Shown here: one piece after another, positions 12,870 to 25,571 of the stretch | Position numbering within the stretch: the stretch's first letter is position 1 | Layout of the letters: every line of letters starts with the position of its first letter | Source of the DNA: Octopus sinensis | Taxonomy: Eukaryota | Direction: 5' to 3' | Assembly (NCBI RefSeq): GCF_006345805.1 | Contig: NC_043006.1 | Span: 44,206,001-44,270,000, forward strand | DNA: 64,000 bases | Position numbers and translations under genes: made by a program | The notes under the pieces: generated by a model | Databases searched by the model: none | Told to the model about the DNA's origin: nothing | Seen by the model: only the letters and a program-made list of their open reading frames with translations

Positions 12870-13332
12870 ATCAAGAGGAATACATTTAAAGGAGTAAAAC
12901 TACTCCAGAATAAGATGCTAAACTGTCGGGATTGGTTGACATTACAAACGATCCACTTTGTTGATGAGTTGCAATTTTGAAATAAAAAATTCTGAAAGCA
13001 TCAATATTCATAATCTCAGTATTGCAATCTCAAAGACTCTCTATGTTTAAGGTAAAAAAAAATGAAAACGAGTAATGATGAAACATTTGTGGGCCATTAA
13101 ATTCATTGGTTAAATGAGAAATATCCTTCTCCACTATAAAGTCTTAATATGGAATTCTACTGGCTAATCCTTTCAGAAGACAACATTTGGAGTTTATTTG
13201 GATCTTTTCAATCTGACCAGCTTATGTTCATCTCAAAAAGAAATTAACAGACCAATCCATTTTGCATAATTCAAGTCTGCTAATTTTATACCAAAATAAT
13301 CAGACATCTTTGATCAAAACATCATATGAAGT

Positions 13333-13727
13333 TTTTAGCATTTTAACTGGTCATATTTGGCCCAAATATTCAACTAGTTTTATGTTAAAACTAGTCATTC
13401 TAAAATAAGTAATCATTTGCCAGCCTCGCCTCGCCCCCGTGCCGGTGGCACGTAAAAAGCACCCACTACACTCACGGAGTGGTTGGCATTAGGAAGGGCA
13501 TCCAGCCGTAGAAACATTGCCAGATCAGACTGGGCCTGGTGCAGCCTTCTGGCTTCCCAGACCCCAGTTGAACCGTCCAACCCATGCTAGCATGGAAAGC
13601 GGACGCTAAACGATGATGATGATGATGATATCACCGAAATCTTGAAGCTATGAGATAATGTATGATTAATTCAAAATAACATGAATAAACAAACATTAGA
13701 TTTGAAAGTAACTTGAATACTAAAGGG
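13333..13727. mobile_element. TTAA/piggyBac-type MITE family 2 with nested RTE tail
   Basis: Body matches 28766-28984 on both sides of the insertion; right end taaagggttaa. Confidence 0.7.
13418..13629 (+). mobile_element. Young RTE 3'-tail insertion (family C)
   Basis: CpG-retaining copy close to the reverse complement of 50817-51090; (GAT)n tail. Confidence 0.9.
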
Positions 13728-14955
13728 TTAAGGGTTTTGTTTTTGTTTTTTTGTTTTGCTTGTTTTTTTTTATATTGTAACAATGTTGGTTAACTGATGC
13801 AGGATCTACGACAGACAACAAACTGATTGCTCTAAAATAAAAAGTGTTATGTCTGAAATTATAACTTTCAGATTTAATCTCTTTCTCAAAAAGAATTTGT
13901 TTTACATAAACTTAGCATATGAATGGGAAGAAGAAATGGAATTTTTTTACGGCTGTGCTATCATGAGCACATCATTTATGTAAGTGAAAAAACTTCTAAC
14001 AGGAATCTGAAATGGATTGTTGGCAGTTTGCCAAACATTTATCACCACAACATAACTGCCACCATACTTTTCTAAAAAATTTAATTAATTCAAAGAATTC
14101 ATTAATTTCTCAAAAATAATTCCTTGCACAATTAATTATCAACTAGTTTTATGAGACTAAAATATATAAAACTGTATTAATGTGCTTAACCTTTAAAGAG
14201 AAAGACTCATAAATTTTGCTAAATTAGCTTTCAAATGCAAATTAATCCCAATTATTTCAGGAATGGTACTATTAAGAATAGTGTTAAGTTTTTGTATTTC
14301 TTTTACCACATTTTCTCCAATTATCTAATATACCTGAATGTAATAACATTAAAACCAGCCAAAAAAGCTGGCATAATTAGATGACTGAGAAAGGTTGGTT
14401 GAAGGCTCATGGTTTAGTATGGTTGGTTGGGCATTCAACCGGTTTGGCAACAATACATTTTGACACTGGAGGCATATGCACACGCACACACACACACATA
14501 GAAATGTACACAAGCAGATAGTGAGAAAATAAGGGAAGGAGGAAAAGAGAGAGACATTGAGACATTAGACATACATAAAAACAGCTAGATGCTCATGCCT
14601 ATAGAGAGAGAGAGAGAGATCTGATGTCAAATAATGAGCATTGAATCAGCAATACCAAATAATAAGTTGTACCAAAACAGCTGTGCCAAGACATCTCATA
14701 GCCAAATACTGGAGCAGTCAAACAATCTCACAAGTCCAACCAGTAGTCCACCTTGTTGTGAAGTTATAACAGTCAATGACAGTATGCAAATCTTGGTCAA
14801 CTGTCTCTTGGATACTCTTTTGATTCCAAAAGAAGGACCTTCTGTTTTTATTTTCAACAATTTTGTTTCAGGGTTTGAGGCCACAGTAGTGTAAGAGATT
14901 ACAAAGAAAGAAACAAAGGATCCAACAAAGTCAAAAGATGTCGATTGACAGAGAG

Positions 14956-15175
14956 CTTTTTATACCAACCCAGCTGTAACCAGCTCTGGCTCTGTAGTAC
15001 AAATGTCTTGTTTTCAAAAGTTCTGAATTAAAATCTTCCACCAAACCTTACTCACAATTTATGTTCCTAACACTAGCTTAATGATAACTAAGTTATTTTA
15101 CTAAGTTCTTTGTTATATTCAAAATGAAGTGAAAGAAACACAGGGCATCTCAACAGAAATATGGTAACAAAAGGG
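14956..15175. mobile_element. TTAA/piggyBac-type MITE family 1 (left TIR damaged)
   Basis: Same body as 15207-15426, 30056-30277, 52262-52483 and 53483-53704; right end ggtaacaaaagggttaa. Confidence 0.8.
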
Positions 15176-15206
15176 TTAAAATATATAATAGAGAAACAAT
15201 TCTTAA

Positions 15207-15426
15207 CCCTTTCAATACCAAGCCGCCTAAAACCACCTCCGGCTCTGTAGCACAAATGTCTTGTTTTCAAAGGTTTTGAATTTTGAATTAAAATCTTCCA
15301 CCAAACCTTACTCACAATTTATGTTCCTAATACTAGCTTAATGATATTTTACTAAATTCTTTGATATATTTAAAATGAAGTCAAAGAAATACAGAGCATC
15401 TCAACAGAAATATAGTAATAAAAAGG
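15207..15426. mobile_element. TTAA/piggyBac-type MITE family 1
   Basis: ttaa|ccctttcaatacca ... aaaagg|ttaa. Confidence 0.85.
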
Positions 15427-16764
15427 TTAAAAGGACTGAATATTATAGATCAGAAGAGAACAAGACAATGGTAGCGAGTTCCTGATAACAGCAGGAAAGA
15501 AGCTATTAGAATGAAAGGACTTTTAACCAACAGGAAGCTCAACAGAGAAACAATGTGCCTGAGAAGAGAAGTGGATGACTCTTTTAACGGTCTTGAGAGA
15601 GGGTACTAGGCTGGAAAGTTCATCAGAGCAATGACCATGGAAATACTTCTAGAAAAGACAAATTGAAGAAACATTCTGAGAATGAGCCTGTAACTCCAAC
15701 CTAGATTTTGAAAAAAGAAGAAGACCCACCATGTTAACAACTCAATTCTGGATATAATTGAGAAAATGAAGACACTCAGAGGAGGCACCAACTCAAAAAT
15801 GATAGATGTATTCAAAGCCAGGTCAAATGGTGGCCTTACAGAGGTACAAGAATACACTCAGGCTTCAGAAATTTACAAGCACATGAGAGAGATCCAACAT
15901 TCTTGGCAGCTGACCTAGTTGTTAAGTTGAAAGATGGTAGGTAAAGCCTAACCATCTGAAGTTGTGTTTGCATATCTTTTTCAACACAAAACACTCCTTA
16001 GTTCTTTTACTAGTTTACTCACATTTTGTTTTTCCTATTTTACTCTAATGTCTAGAACTTCATGGAGGTTTTTTTCACCAAAACAATATCCATTTTCCCT
16101 TCCTGGCTGCATTCAAAGATATACAACCATACAGAAAATTGAGATTATTTAATTATATCATGCTCAATTGGTGAGGAGCTGTTGACACTTTCCCAAAGCA
16201 TGTAAAAGTTCTGATTATATTAATATATTTTAAATTGCATTAATACAACTCCCAAAATGTAACTGATACAAGGTAATGCCAAACCTGCATCAGAGTGCCA
16301 AGCTTGTTACAATGTGCCAAGCCTGTTACTTACGTTAAGCCCGCTGGTGTGTAGTTTCAAGTACACTGTAATGACACATCTACTGAATGGCTTGCTAAAG
16401 TAGACCAAACTACAACAAGCAACGTTGATCTTATTCCAAGTTCTCAATAACTTAGAATGAGTATGTGTCTGATAAGCCCCAATTGTAATGAACCGGGATA
16501 CCAAATACATATAAATTCTAACCTACTAAATTAACCAACTGGGAATAAGGTGTGAAGCTTAAAACTTTGAACATATCCTCATATGTTACAATTCATAATA
16601 TTCTATTACTAACACTTGGTTACTGTTTTAGTTAGTCAATCTCAACAATACATATTCACATAATACAAAGAATCAAAACTGAGAAATGCTTAAACCTTCC
16701 TTAAGCATTCCCCTTGCCACAACTACCAAACTTTTGAATCATAAACAAAATAGGTCAACAAGGG

Positions 16765-16960
16765 AGGTTTTACAAAGTCACTCAACCTGCTAGATATAGC
16801 AGTCAAATCACTTGTAAATCACAGTCTACCATGTAAAATACAGAATACACTAGAAAATGAAGTCCTTTATATACAAAATGTGATGGTTACATCAGGGATG
16901 TTTTTTTATCATAGGTCTGCTTGATCAGGGCTAACATGAGCCTAAATAACAACAACAAAA
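16765..16960 (+). mobile_element. (CAA)n-tailed interspersed repeat (SINE or LINE tail)
   Basis: gtcactcaacctgctagatatagcag...ataggtctgcttgatcagggctaac...taaataacaacaacaa; partial copies at 3188 and 3925. Confidence 0.6.
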
Positions 16961-18264
16961 TACTATTACATCAAAGTATATAGTAAAATAAACATGTAAC
17001 ATATCCAGTTAACCCCACTGTGCCCTGACCGCCCAAACAGTGGTGTGGTGAAGTGTGTACAATACAATCTCATATCAAACTGAAGATATGACATCAGTCT
17101 CAAACACAGCTGATAGAAAGTATTAAGCACTTGACTTTTTTTTCAGTAAAAGATTTATAGACAGAGAGAGAGACATTGTAATACTCATGTCTTACTACAT
17201 GGTACTAGTAATAATGTCAGAGAAAGTCATTTCAACTAGGAGTTGAATCTGTTGCAAACTCATCAGAAACGTGAGAAATTATACCGTTCATTCTTAGATA
17301 TATTTCCTTCAGTGAATGGCACTGATGATCCCTAGCTGAAGGACTTCAGATCCAATACTAGTAAATTAATCCAGTAGGAGGGGCCTCACATCAGTGATGA
17401 GGTCAGTGCATATTAAAGCCATTGAAGAATAGTAGGTGGAGAAGAAGGATGGAGAATTAATTCACAAAGTATTGAAGGCTAGTTTGTAAACAATGGATTA
17501 CTTAATTCGGTTTAAATATCTTACCTAATAAAGTGAAATTGAAAATAAACATTATCCTTTATTCTTTTATGTTAAATAAATAAAACCTGTATATCTTGAA
17601 ATAATAATTGTGTAAATGTATGAAGAAATCAACATTACATGCTCAAAAGTTCATAGAGTATATGAGACTTCAAAAGTGCCAAGAATTGATTTAATAGCTT
17701 GTATATTTTTAGTATACCAATATCAAGTTCAGGCTTACCAAAGTAGTTGTCTGTTTTGTTTTTATTTTATTTTTTCTGGGTTTTTTTTTTTTAAGGTGGA
17801 AGAGAAGTATGGTAATATGTACAATGAGCTCCTAAGATGAGACCACAAGAAAACCCAGTTTACTGCCAAAGTTAACATCATTCATTTACTCTATCAAAAC
17901 ACTCGTGATAAAATATGTCAGTACTGTAAATACAAAATGCAAATAAATTTTCAAAAAAATAACAGCGAAGCTTTATACACAAATTTGCCTGTGTAAATCT
18001 TGAATGAGAATATAGTTTTCTCACAAAACAATTTGCAGCTCATTAATCGTGAAAAATGGACTCTTTGTATTTACAGGGAACATGGGGACCAGGGAATGGG
18101 TATCTCCTGAAGTTAAATAAAGCTTTATTCAAAAATATAGCCTAAACTACTGCTTGAATAAATAGAAATCATAGTACACTTCAAATCAGCAGGAGTGAAA
18201 TGAAACTAGAATTATAGATATTTAACAGTCTTTTCTTTCAGTCATTTCCCAAAATCACTAATAT

Positions 18265-18640
18265 TAGTGGTCAAAATGAAAGTTCTCCAAAGGATCTCTA
18301 GCATATCATTACTTGACAAGATGCATAGCTCAGAGGTTAGGAAGTTTTCCCAGGTTGATCCACTTCTTCTCCACATTGAGAGGTCACAGCTCCAGTACTA
18401 TTAACATGTGATTAGAATGCTGCAAGACATATTCATTAAGCCAAGCCAATTAACAGGATACCTAGAGGTAGACCAAGAATGATATGGTTGGATAATATTC
18501 ATAGTCTCAGATAATCACACTTGGGAATCCAGTTATAAAGTGTAATAACAGTTACTTCTGAGTGGACCCTATAGAGGAGATGCCTAAAGGTTCTAGCTCC
18601 ACAGCACTCCCAGGAACAATGGATGGAGAAGATAGGTGGA
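18265..18640 (+). mobile_element. Decayed RTE-clade (Expander-like) LINE ORF2 C-terminus
   Basis: VKMKVLQRISSISLLDKMHSSEVRK..VDPLLLHIERSQL...PRGRPRMIWLDNI resembles the Expander/RTE motif 'LRDRVRSS..EPLLL.IERSQLRW..PRGRPR..W.D'; stops and a frameshift. Confidence 0.75.
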
Positions 18641-18649
18641 TGGACCAGT

Positions 18650-18982
18650 CTTTTACATTGAAGCAAAATATTTGTGGCATCAGCAACAGAGCAGAAGCTA
18701 ATAATATCTGGCACACCCGTGCCAGTGGTACATAAAAAGCAACATCCAAACATGGTCATTGCTAGAGCCGCCTGATTGGCTCCCATGCCAGTGACATGTA
18801 AAAGGCACCCACTACACTCTTGGAGTGTTTGACATTAAGGAGGGCATCCAGCTTTAGAAACCTTGCCAGATCAGATTGGAGCCTAGTGCAGCCTACTGGC
18901 TTGCCAGTCCTCGGTCAGATTGTCCAATCCATGCCAGCATGGAAAACGAATTTTAAACAATGATGATGATGATGATGATAAT
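18650..18982 (+). mobile_element. RTE 3'-tail fragment (family C)
   Basis: aaaggcacccactacactc...agggcatccagc...ccatgccagcatggaaaac followed by (GAT)n. Confidence 0.8.
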
Positions 18983-20989
18983 GATTACATGACAGTTTTG
19001 TTTTCAGACTCAGTAGATTTCCCACCACCATTACCACCATTTTACTCCAGGACCATGTGGTTGGTAAGCAAGCTACTTACCACACAGCCACTCCACAACT
19101 TCTGGATTTAATTTTACCAAATTTCAGTATTACTGAAGCAAGTTATTTTACAATACATTATCCTTCTTACAACTTCTTAACAATCATTCAACTTAAATGG
19201 CCTCTGTTTTTTGTTTTTTTTTAAGCACGATACCTAATTTTCACTCATGCAGATCATGAGAGCTAATGTGACTTACATCCATGTGACCAAAATACAACAG
19301 CCAATGACAAAGCCTGAACTTAAGAGCAGAAGTGATAGTCTACAGTATAACCTAAATTTACATTTATCAAGAATTAAGAAGACAAAATAAATTAGGTTAA
19401 CAATCTTTATTCCACCAATCCTGAATTTTTTCTTTTGATAGAATTGAAACTTTTCTTTGTCAGAAACTAATAATGCCAAAATTCATTCACTAAGTTCCTC
19501 AACCAAACACAAATTCTTTCTATTAGTTCCTATTTATTTATTTATTCATGCTGCAATTTGCGAACAATAGTACAGATGATAACAGGTTTCAAACAGGCTA
19601 ATCATTGGTTTTACTGTATTTCTTATAATAAGAATGGATTATCAGTGAAGCATTACAATGAAACTGAGAGAAAGATTAATAAATCTATAAACCACAATGA
19701 CCAAATTGCTTATACTTATGACAAAACAAATAGCTGATTTATAAGGAAGCAAACATCTGTAGTATGAAATTAGAATTTCCAAATTAACATATGAACAATG
19801 CCCACAGTAATGATTAGGTGAACTTATGCAAACTACCACAGTACTGCTACCACTGTCACTACCACCCTTGTTTTCCCATGTTTGATATGATCTTTCTTCC
19901 ATTTCTTTCTTGTGCTCTGTTGTCCAAACACACCAACACCGCACATCTTCCACATTCGATTCCCATGTTCCACTACTCTGCCACATCACACGTCAAACAC
20001 AAGCTTTTGTTGCCAGTAGACGTCATGGCTCCTTGAACTTTTTCCACCCCAGTTTCACTCTGGCTAATATGCTTTTCAAACACACACACTCCCATTTATA
20101 ATTAGATCATCTAAATAATTAATTAGGTCACCTGGATAAGAGCTTAACTACATCTAGGAACCCTCAGAGCATTTGAAAGAATTTATTCAGCTAGTATTCT
20201 TACTGCTAACTTTTCTTATGCAACTGCTACCTATGAAGTCCCTCTTCTTTGTCAATCTGTCAGTAATTCTACTGCATCTTTTATCCACTCATTTTATTTT
20301 TGGTACACAGGATAGAATTCCTACTGACCTCCATTTCTGTATATTCAACATGGCCACTATCTTGATGGCAATAGACTTTAAGTCTTTTGTCTTTGCTAGA
20401 TTTATTCAAGATCTCAATTCTAGGCTTTGCTCCTATGTATGGAATTTCTCTAATTCTGCAGCAGATTCAACTATAAGAACTAGGTCATTGGCATACAGAA
20501 ACTCCCACAGACAGCTGGTTTTAAATTCTTGCGATATGGCTTAAAGACCTGATGGACAACTCTCACTCTCACCTTGCTCTCAGTGCCCCTGTATAAGGCT
20601 TACACTGCTCTTTCAAGTCATTCATTTTAGTTTTCTTAACAGCCAAACAATATAACATAGTGTTGTATCAAAGACCTTCTCCAGATGTAAAAAAAAAAAA
20701 AAAAATGGTAGGTATAGTGGTTTGCTTATTACTACAAACTTCTACAGTTATCCAATGAGTAAAAAACACCAGTGATGCACAAACCTGAACAGCATCTTCA
20801 TCTAAGCTAATTTTCTTAATTCATTAGTCATGCTATAATGTTTTCTGTTCTATTCATAACTTGACCCATTAGTTTGATGTTTCTCTTCTAAGGGTATCTC
20901 CTTTGCCCTTTGTAACAGTTAACAATGATACTGATATGCCAGTCTCTTGGAGTGACTTTTCCCTGTATTTCTTCCTTAATTATGCCAGC

Positions 20990-21350
20990 AATTAACATGT
21001 GTCCTGCTTCACCATTTTTCACTATCTCAACAACTATCTTTCATGGTCCAGTTGCATTCTCTGTCGTTATAACCTTAATAGCCATTTTAATCATATAGCT
21101 GATAATTCTACAGATGGCCCCTCCATTGGGTCTCCTTGGGATAGTCCCTCTCTCGGCTATGCATTCTCTTTATTCAGCAACCTCTCACTGTAATATTCTC
21201 ATATCTCTTTCTTCAAGGTAGCATTGAGCACATGTGATAACCACATACAAACTTTTCACCATTGAAATCCTGATTCACACTGATACTCCACTTTGGAATT
21301 CAGAACATTGGAACAACATTCTGATTCTCATATTACAGAACACAGACAAT
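20990..21350 (+). mobile_element. Highly decayed CR1-group reverse-transcriptase core
   Basis: FTIFHYLNNYLS...HIADNST resembles 'TLFLLFINDLL...HSYADDST'; a downstream ...PL...NIL segment is consistent; heavily eroded. Confidence 0.4.
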
Positions 21351-21362
21351 CACTTATTTTCT

Positions 21363-21365
21363 ACT

Positions 21366-21440
<75 letters not shown>

Positions 21441-21445
21441 TCTCC
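21363..21445. repeat. (CT)n microsatellite
   Basis: Directly visible. Confidence 0.95.
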
Positions 21446-22591
21446 TCACCCCCTATGTGCCATACCTGTAGAATTCAGCAATCATGGGCCTCCATGCCAA
21501 GTTTAAAAGTCTACAATTTTTCTAAGGAAAGATACACCAATGGTTTCCTGTTACTTTCTGCTGCTTTCTTGACAATTCACTCTGTTAGTCCTCTGCTTTC
21601 TAAAGTTTACCCTTAAGACAAAGAGCCTATTTCACTCTTAGACAAGAGAACTGCTTGACATGACTTCAGAGGACGTTCACACACTGGTAACACTGAGTGA
21701 TACTTATTTAGGAGTCAACCCTCATCCAAGAAGTGTATGCTTTAACCACAAGACCATCTTCTGCTGTTTTTCTATTTGAGTAATAGCTAGGGTCTCAACA
21801 GATACCGCCACCTCAGGCCAGAGCAGAACTGGGAGTAGTGGTAACAAAGGGGTAACTCCAATACTTCCCACCAAAATTCCTGAACTCCCAGGCTGGGTCC
21901 TCAGCAACTTGGGTACTTTCATATCTTGCCCATGAATATTATGTTACTTGAATCAATCAATAAAGTTCAGAATTAATCATCTGCCTAATAATTAGCATTA
22001 TAAACCATTGAGAGATTAAAACACACACTCTCACAAAAATCCCTGCTATTTTTCTCAATACACAGACCTGCTTAAATATTACTAGAGTATACATGAAAAA
22101 CATAACTTTTCCAGCTTACATAACAAAGCAAAGTACCATTAAACTGACCTACTGAATTGAAATCATAATCACCATTATTATAAATTCAATACATCTCTGT
22201 ACAACCAGTAAGATATCTTAACCACTCAATAAACTTATTAACAATAAATATCTTTAATAGAGAGATGACTCATTTTCTTTTTAGCCTTTGATCCAATAAA
22301 AGTATATATGAATCAGAAGTAATCACTAATACTTCATGAAAATCTATACAACTAAGGGTGGTTGTCTTCGCTAGCTTGCTTGTGACACACAGCTCTTTCA
22401 ATATTTGCTTTTTTTAATTTTTCATCTTTCGTTGGTAATTACGTGTGAACACAGTGATATAGAATACAGCCAATTACATTAACTTCCCTCCGACCAGCTC
22501 TCATTTTTATCAACCAAAGAAGGACAGCAGGCAAAAAGGACATAGGCATAATTTGAGCTCAGCATAAAAGGGTGTAAACAAATACCACAAG

Positions 22592-22820
22592 CTATTTTAT
22601 TTCCCCACTACCCATAAGGGGCCAAACACAGAGGGGACAAACAAGGACAGACAAAGGGACCAAGTCGATTACATCGACCCCAGTGCGTAACTGGTACTTA
22701 TTTAATCGACCCTGAGAGGATGAAAGGCAAAGTCGACCTCGGTGGAATTTGAACTCAGAACGTAAAGGCAGACGAAATACGGCTACGCATTTCACCCGGC
22801 GTGCTAACGGTACTGCCAGC
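22592..22820 (-). mobile_element. SINE family A, alternative-tail subfamily
   Basis: Family A head and body with tail ggggacaaacaaggacagacaaa, also seen at 49494-49908. Confidence 0.85.
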
Positions 22821-23924
22821 TTTAGCTTGATGCTCTACTGATTCTGACAGTCTACCTGCACATATTCTCAGCTCATCTGTTATGAGCAGCAAGTTTCAGT
22901 GTTCTTTCTTGTCTTTCTGTTTTTTTTTTATACATGATAATATTTCCAAAACATTTTTAAACGTGAAACCATCTTAATCCCAGCATTTAAGTTTGTTTAC
23001 CTTAGCTATTTATTACTCCTACATGTATACTTTTAGTGTGTTGCTTGTGAATGTAATAGCAGGCTGTTTGTCTGGTTACATGCACAGCTAACTCTAGTGC
23101 TATTATGTGTTGTCTCTGAGACATGCAGTCTGATTTTTTTTTTTTTTCATTTCTCTATACAACTACATTTGACAGAAGCTAGAAACAAACCCTACTACAA
23201 ACACAATGAGCCCAACGCAATGAGCTGGATATGCTGGATATGCCAGCCCATTCTGGAGGTCATCTCTATTGTTGTCAAATAATTGTTTTGAAGCCATTGT
23301 CTGCATCGTTTCAATAACACAAGAAACCAGTTCATTTCTCTCCTTCTTTCTCTCCCACTTCGTTCTTTTTTTTTTTTTTACCACTTCCTTCACAATTAGA
23401 ATAGAACTTCTGTGGAGCAGTTAGTTCTGCCTTGATTTTCCTATATATGTCTACAGAGATTATCAGATTTCTATTTTGAAGACGAAGACAGTGTTGGAGG
23501 AGGGTCATATGAAACCCTGTAATTTGAGAACAGTTTCAAAGCTGTAACACGATATAGAGGGGATGGGGAGAAAGAAACAGAATGAATATCCTCGTAGAAC
23601 AATCATTCAAGCATCAACTTTAACCCTTCTTCTTTTATTATTCACATGACCCTAGCCATTCAATGGAATATTTTGTTTCCGTGTAAACAAAATCCCGACT
23701 GAACCTCAAATTTAACACAGTTTTTAAACGACCTACATAGTCCAACCACAAAGGTTATGATCACCAAAACAAAAAATATATAAAATTACAAGTGACAATT
23801 ACATAATTACCAAAAATGAATTAGAGAATGAACGTCACTGTCAATTTGTAAAAGCAATTTAGAAGTAAACTAAATACCAAAGTTATTCCAAGATTCTAAA
23901 ACTAAAATTCTAAAAATAATTTAG

Positions 23925-24440
23925 GGTGCAGACATGGCTGTGTGATTAAGAAGCTTGCTTTGCAACCATGATGTTTCCGGTTCAGTCCCACTGTATAGCA
24001 CTTTGGGCAAATGTCTTCTACTGTATCCCAAAACCTATCAATGCCTTGTGATTAATTTTGATAAAGGGAAACAGTGTGTATGTGTTTGACAGCCAGTGTT
24101 GGTTTGTTTACATTACTGTAACACTAGTAGTTCAGCAAAAGAGACTGACGGATTAAGTAACTAAGTACCAAGTACTAAGTTTGCATGGTGTACAAGTGAC
24201 TAAGATCACATTCTTTCTGAGTTGCTCGTTTAAGTTGAGTGGACTGGAGCAACATGATATGAAGCACCACCCAGTCCAGGAAATGAAACCAGAATCTTGC
24301 AATCACAGAGCCATATGCCGTCAAGATAGGATAAGCACCAGGCTTCAAAATAAGTACTGAGGTTAATTTATTCAATTAAACATTTTCAAGGCAGTACTCC
24401 AGCATGGCCACAGTCTGATGAGTGAAACAAGTAAAAAAAA
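23925..24440 (+). mobile_element. SINE family B with nested family-D fragment (about 24195-24322, minus)
   Basis: Head catggctgtgtgattaagaagcttgc; tail ccagcatggccacagtctgatgagtgaaacaag. Confidence 0.75.
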
Positions 24441-24954
24441 AATAAATCAACCACAATTAATTTTTTGTTATTAAAACAATAACAACAGTAAATTATTAAT
24501 ACACGAACCATTATCTTCAGCCTATAGAACATCATCTGCCACTATGAACAACCTAGAAACAATGGAATAACCAAGGTGTTGAAACATTAAACGCCCAACT
24601 CCTCAAATATGCGAGTTCAGATTTTGTTACAAATGGCAAAATAAGATGCATGGACTCAATATACTAGAATTATATGGAATTTTACTGGATCCAGCATGAC
24701 AAAATTCTCAAAGGAACATACCCAACAACTACTTGCAGTTTATATTAAGAACAAGAAAAATAATTTCTAGCTTCACATTTGAGTTTAGCAATAATTTCAC
24801 TACCTAATGTTTTATTGTTGTTGTTCTTTGTTTTTTTTAGGTTTAAATCTTTGGATTACTTAATGTGCCTTCTCTCTCAGGGTCAATGAACTACCACAAG
24901 GTATCATTTCTTAAAATGATAAATGCCATGTTTGATGATGTATAAGGTTTTTTT

Positions 24955-25553
24955 TATCTTTTACTTGTTTCGGTCATTAGACTGTGGCCATGCTGGGGCA
25001 CAGCATTGAAGAAGTTTAGTCAAACGAGTCAACCCTAGTACTTATTTCTTCTTCAAGCGTGGTACTTTATAGTAGCTTTTGCTGAACCGCTATGCTATAG
25101 GAACGTAAACACACTAACACCAGTTATCAAGCGGTGATGAGGGACAAACACAGACACAAGAGACACCCATAGATATACAGGGTGGTCCAAAAGTAGGTTT
25201 ACAGTTATCACACAGGCACTTTGAATTTCTTTTAAAACATTTTATTTCATTTAAATTTCTATCTTACAATTAACTAAATTAGCATAGAATAATGGGTTCA
25301 TTTTTTTTTTATAATTAAGATCTAAACTGTTAATATATGAATGCGAAAGAGATAGTTGTAAACCTACTTTTGGGCCACCCTGTATATACTACAGACTTCT
25401 GTCAATTTTTGTCTACCAAATCTACTCACAAGGCTTTGGTTAGCCTGAGGCTATAGTAGAAGACGCTTGCCCAAGGTGTCACACAGTAGAACTGAATCCA
25501 GAACCATCTGGTTAAGAAGCAAATTTCTTATCACACAGCCATGCCTGCACCTA
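24955..25553 (-). mobile_element. SINE family B with nested mariner MITE
   Basis: Full tail-to-head family B sequence on the minus strand. Confidence 0.85.
25178..25382. mobile_element. Tc1/mariner-type MITE
   Basis: About 32-bp TIR cagggtggtccaaaagtaggtttaca / tgtaaacctacttttgggccaccctg, flanked by TA on both sides. Confidence 0.92.
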
Positions 25554-25571
25554 TAGGTATACACAACCACA

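Larger units (their letters stand above)
14844..15960 (-). mobile_element. Decayed CR1-group LINE, ORF2 C-terminus plus 3' end
   Basis: Minus-strand translation RSAAKNVGSL...FLYLCKATI*PGFEY...NVSSICLF*KYFHGHCSDELSSLVP...SNSFFPAVIRNSLP...IQSF/KLSVNRHLL matches the CR1-type ORF2 tail; in-frame stops; A-rich end near 14844. Confidence 0.8.

Noticed and set aside
19900-20560. Possible further CR1-type remnants (also 58740-59000)
   Set aside because: Similarity to CR1 motifs is too eroded to assign by eye; a profile search is needed.
23097-23393. Opposite-strand ORFs with plausible-looking peptides and a polypyrimidine acceptor at about 23175
   Set aside because: No recognisable homology and no convincing donor site; it cannot be distinguished from chance.
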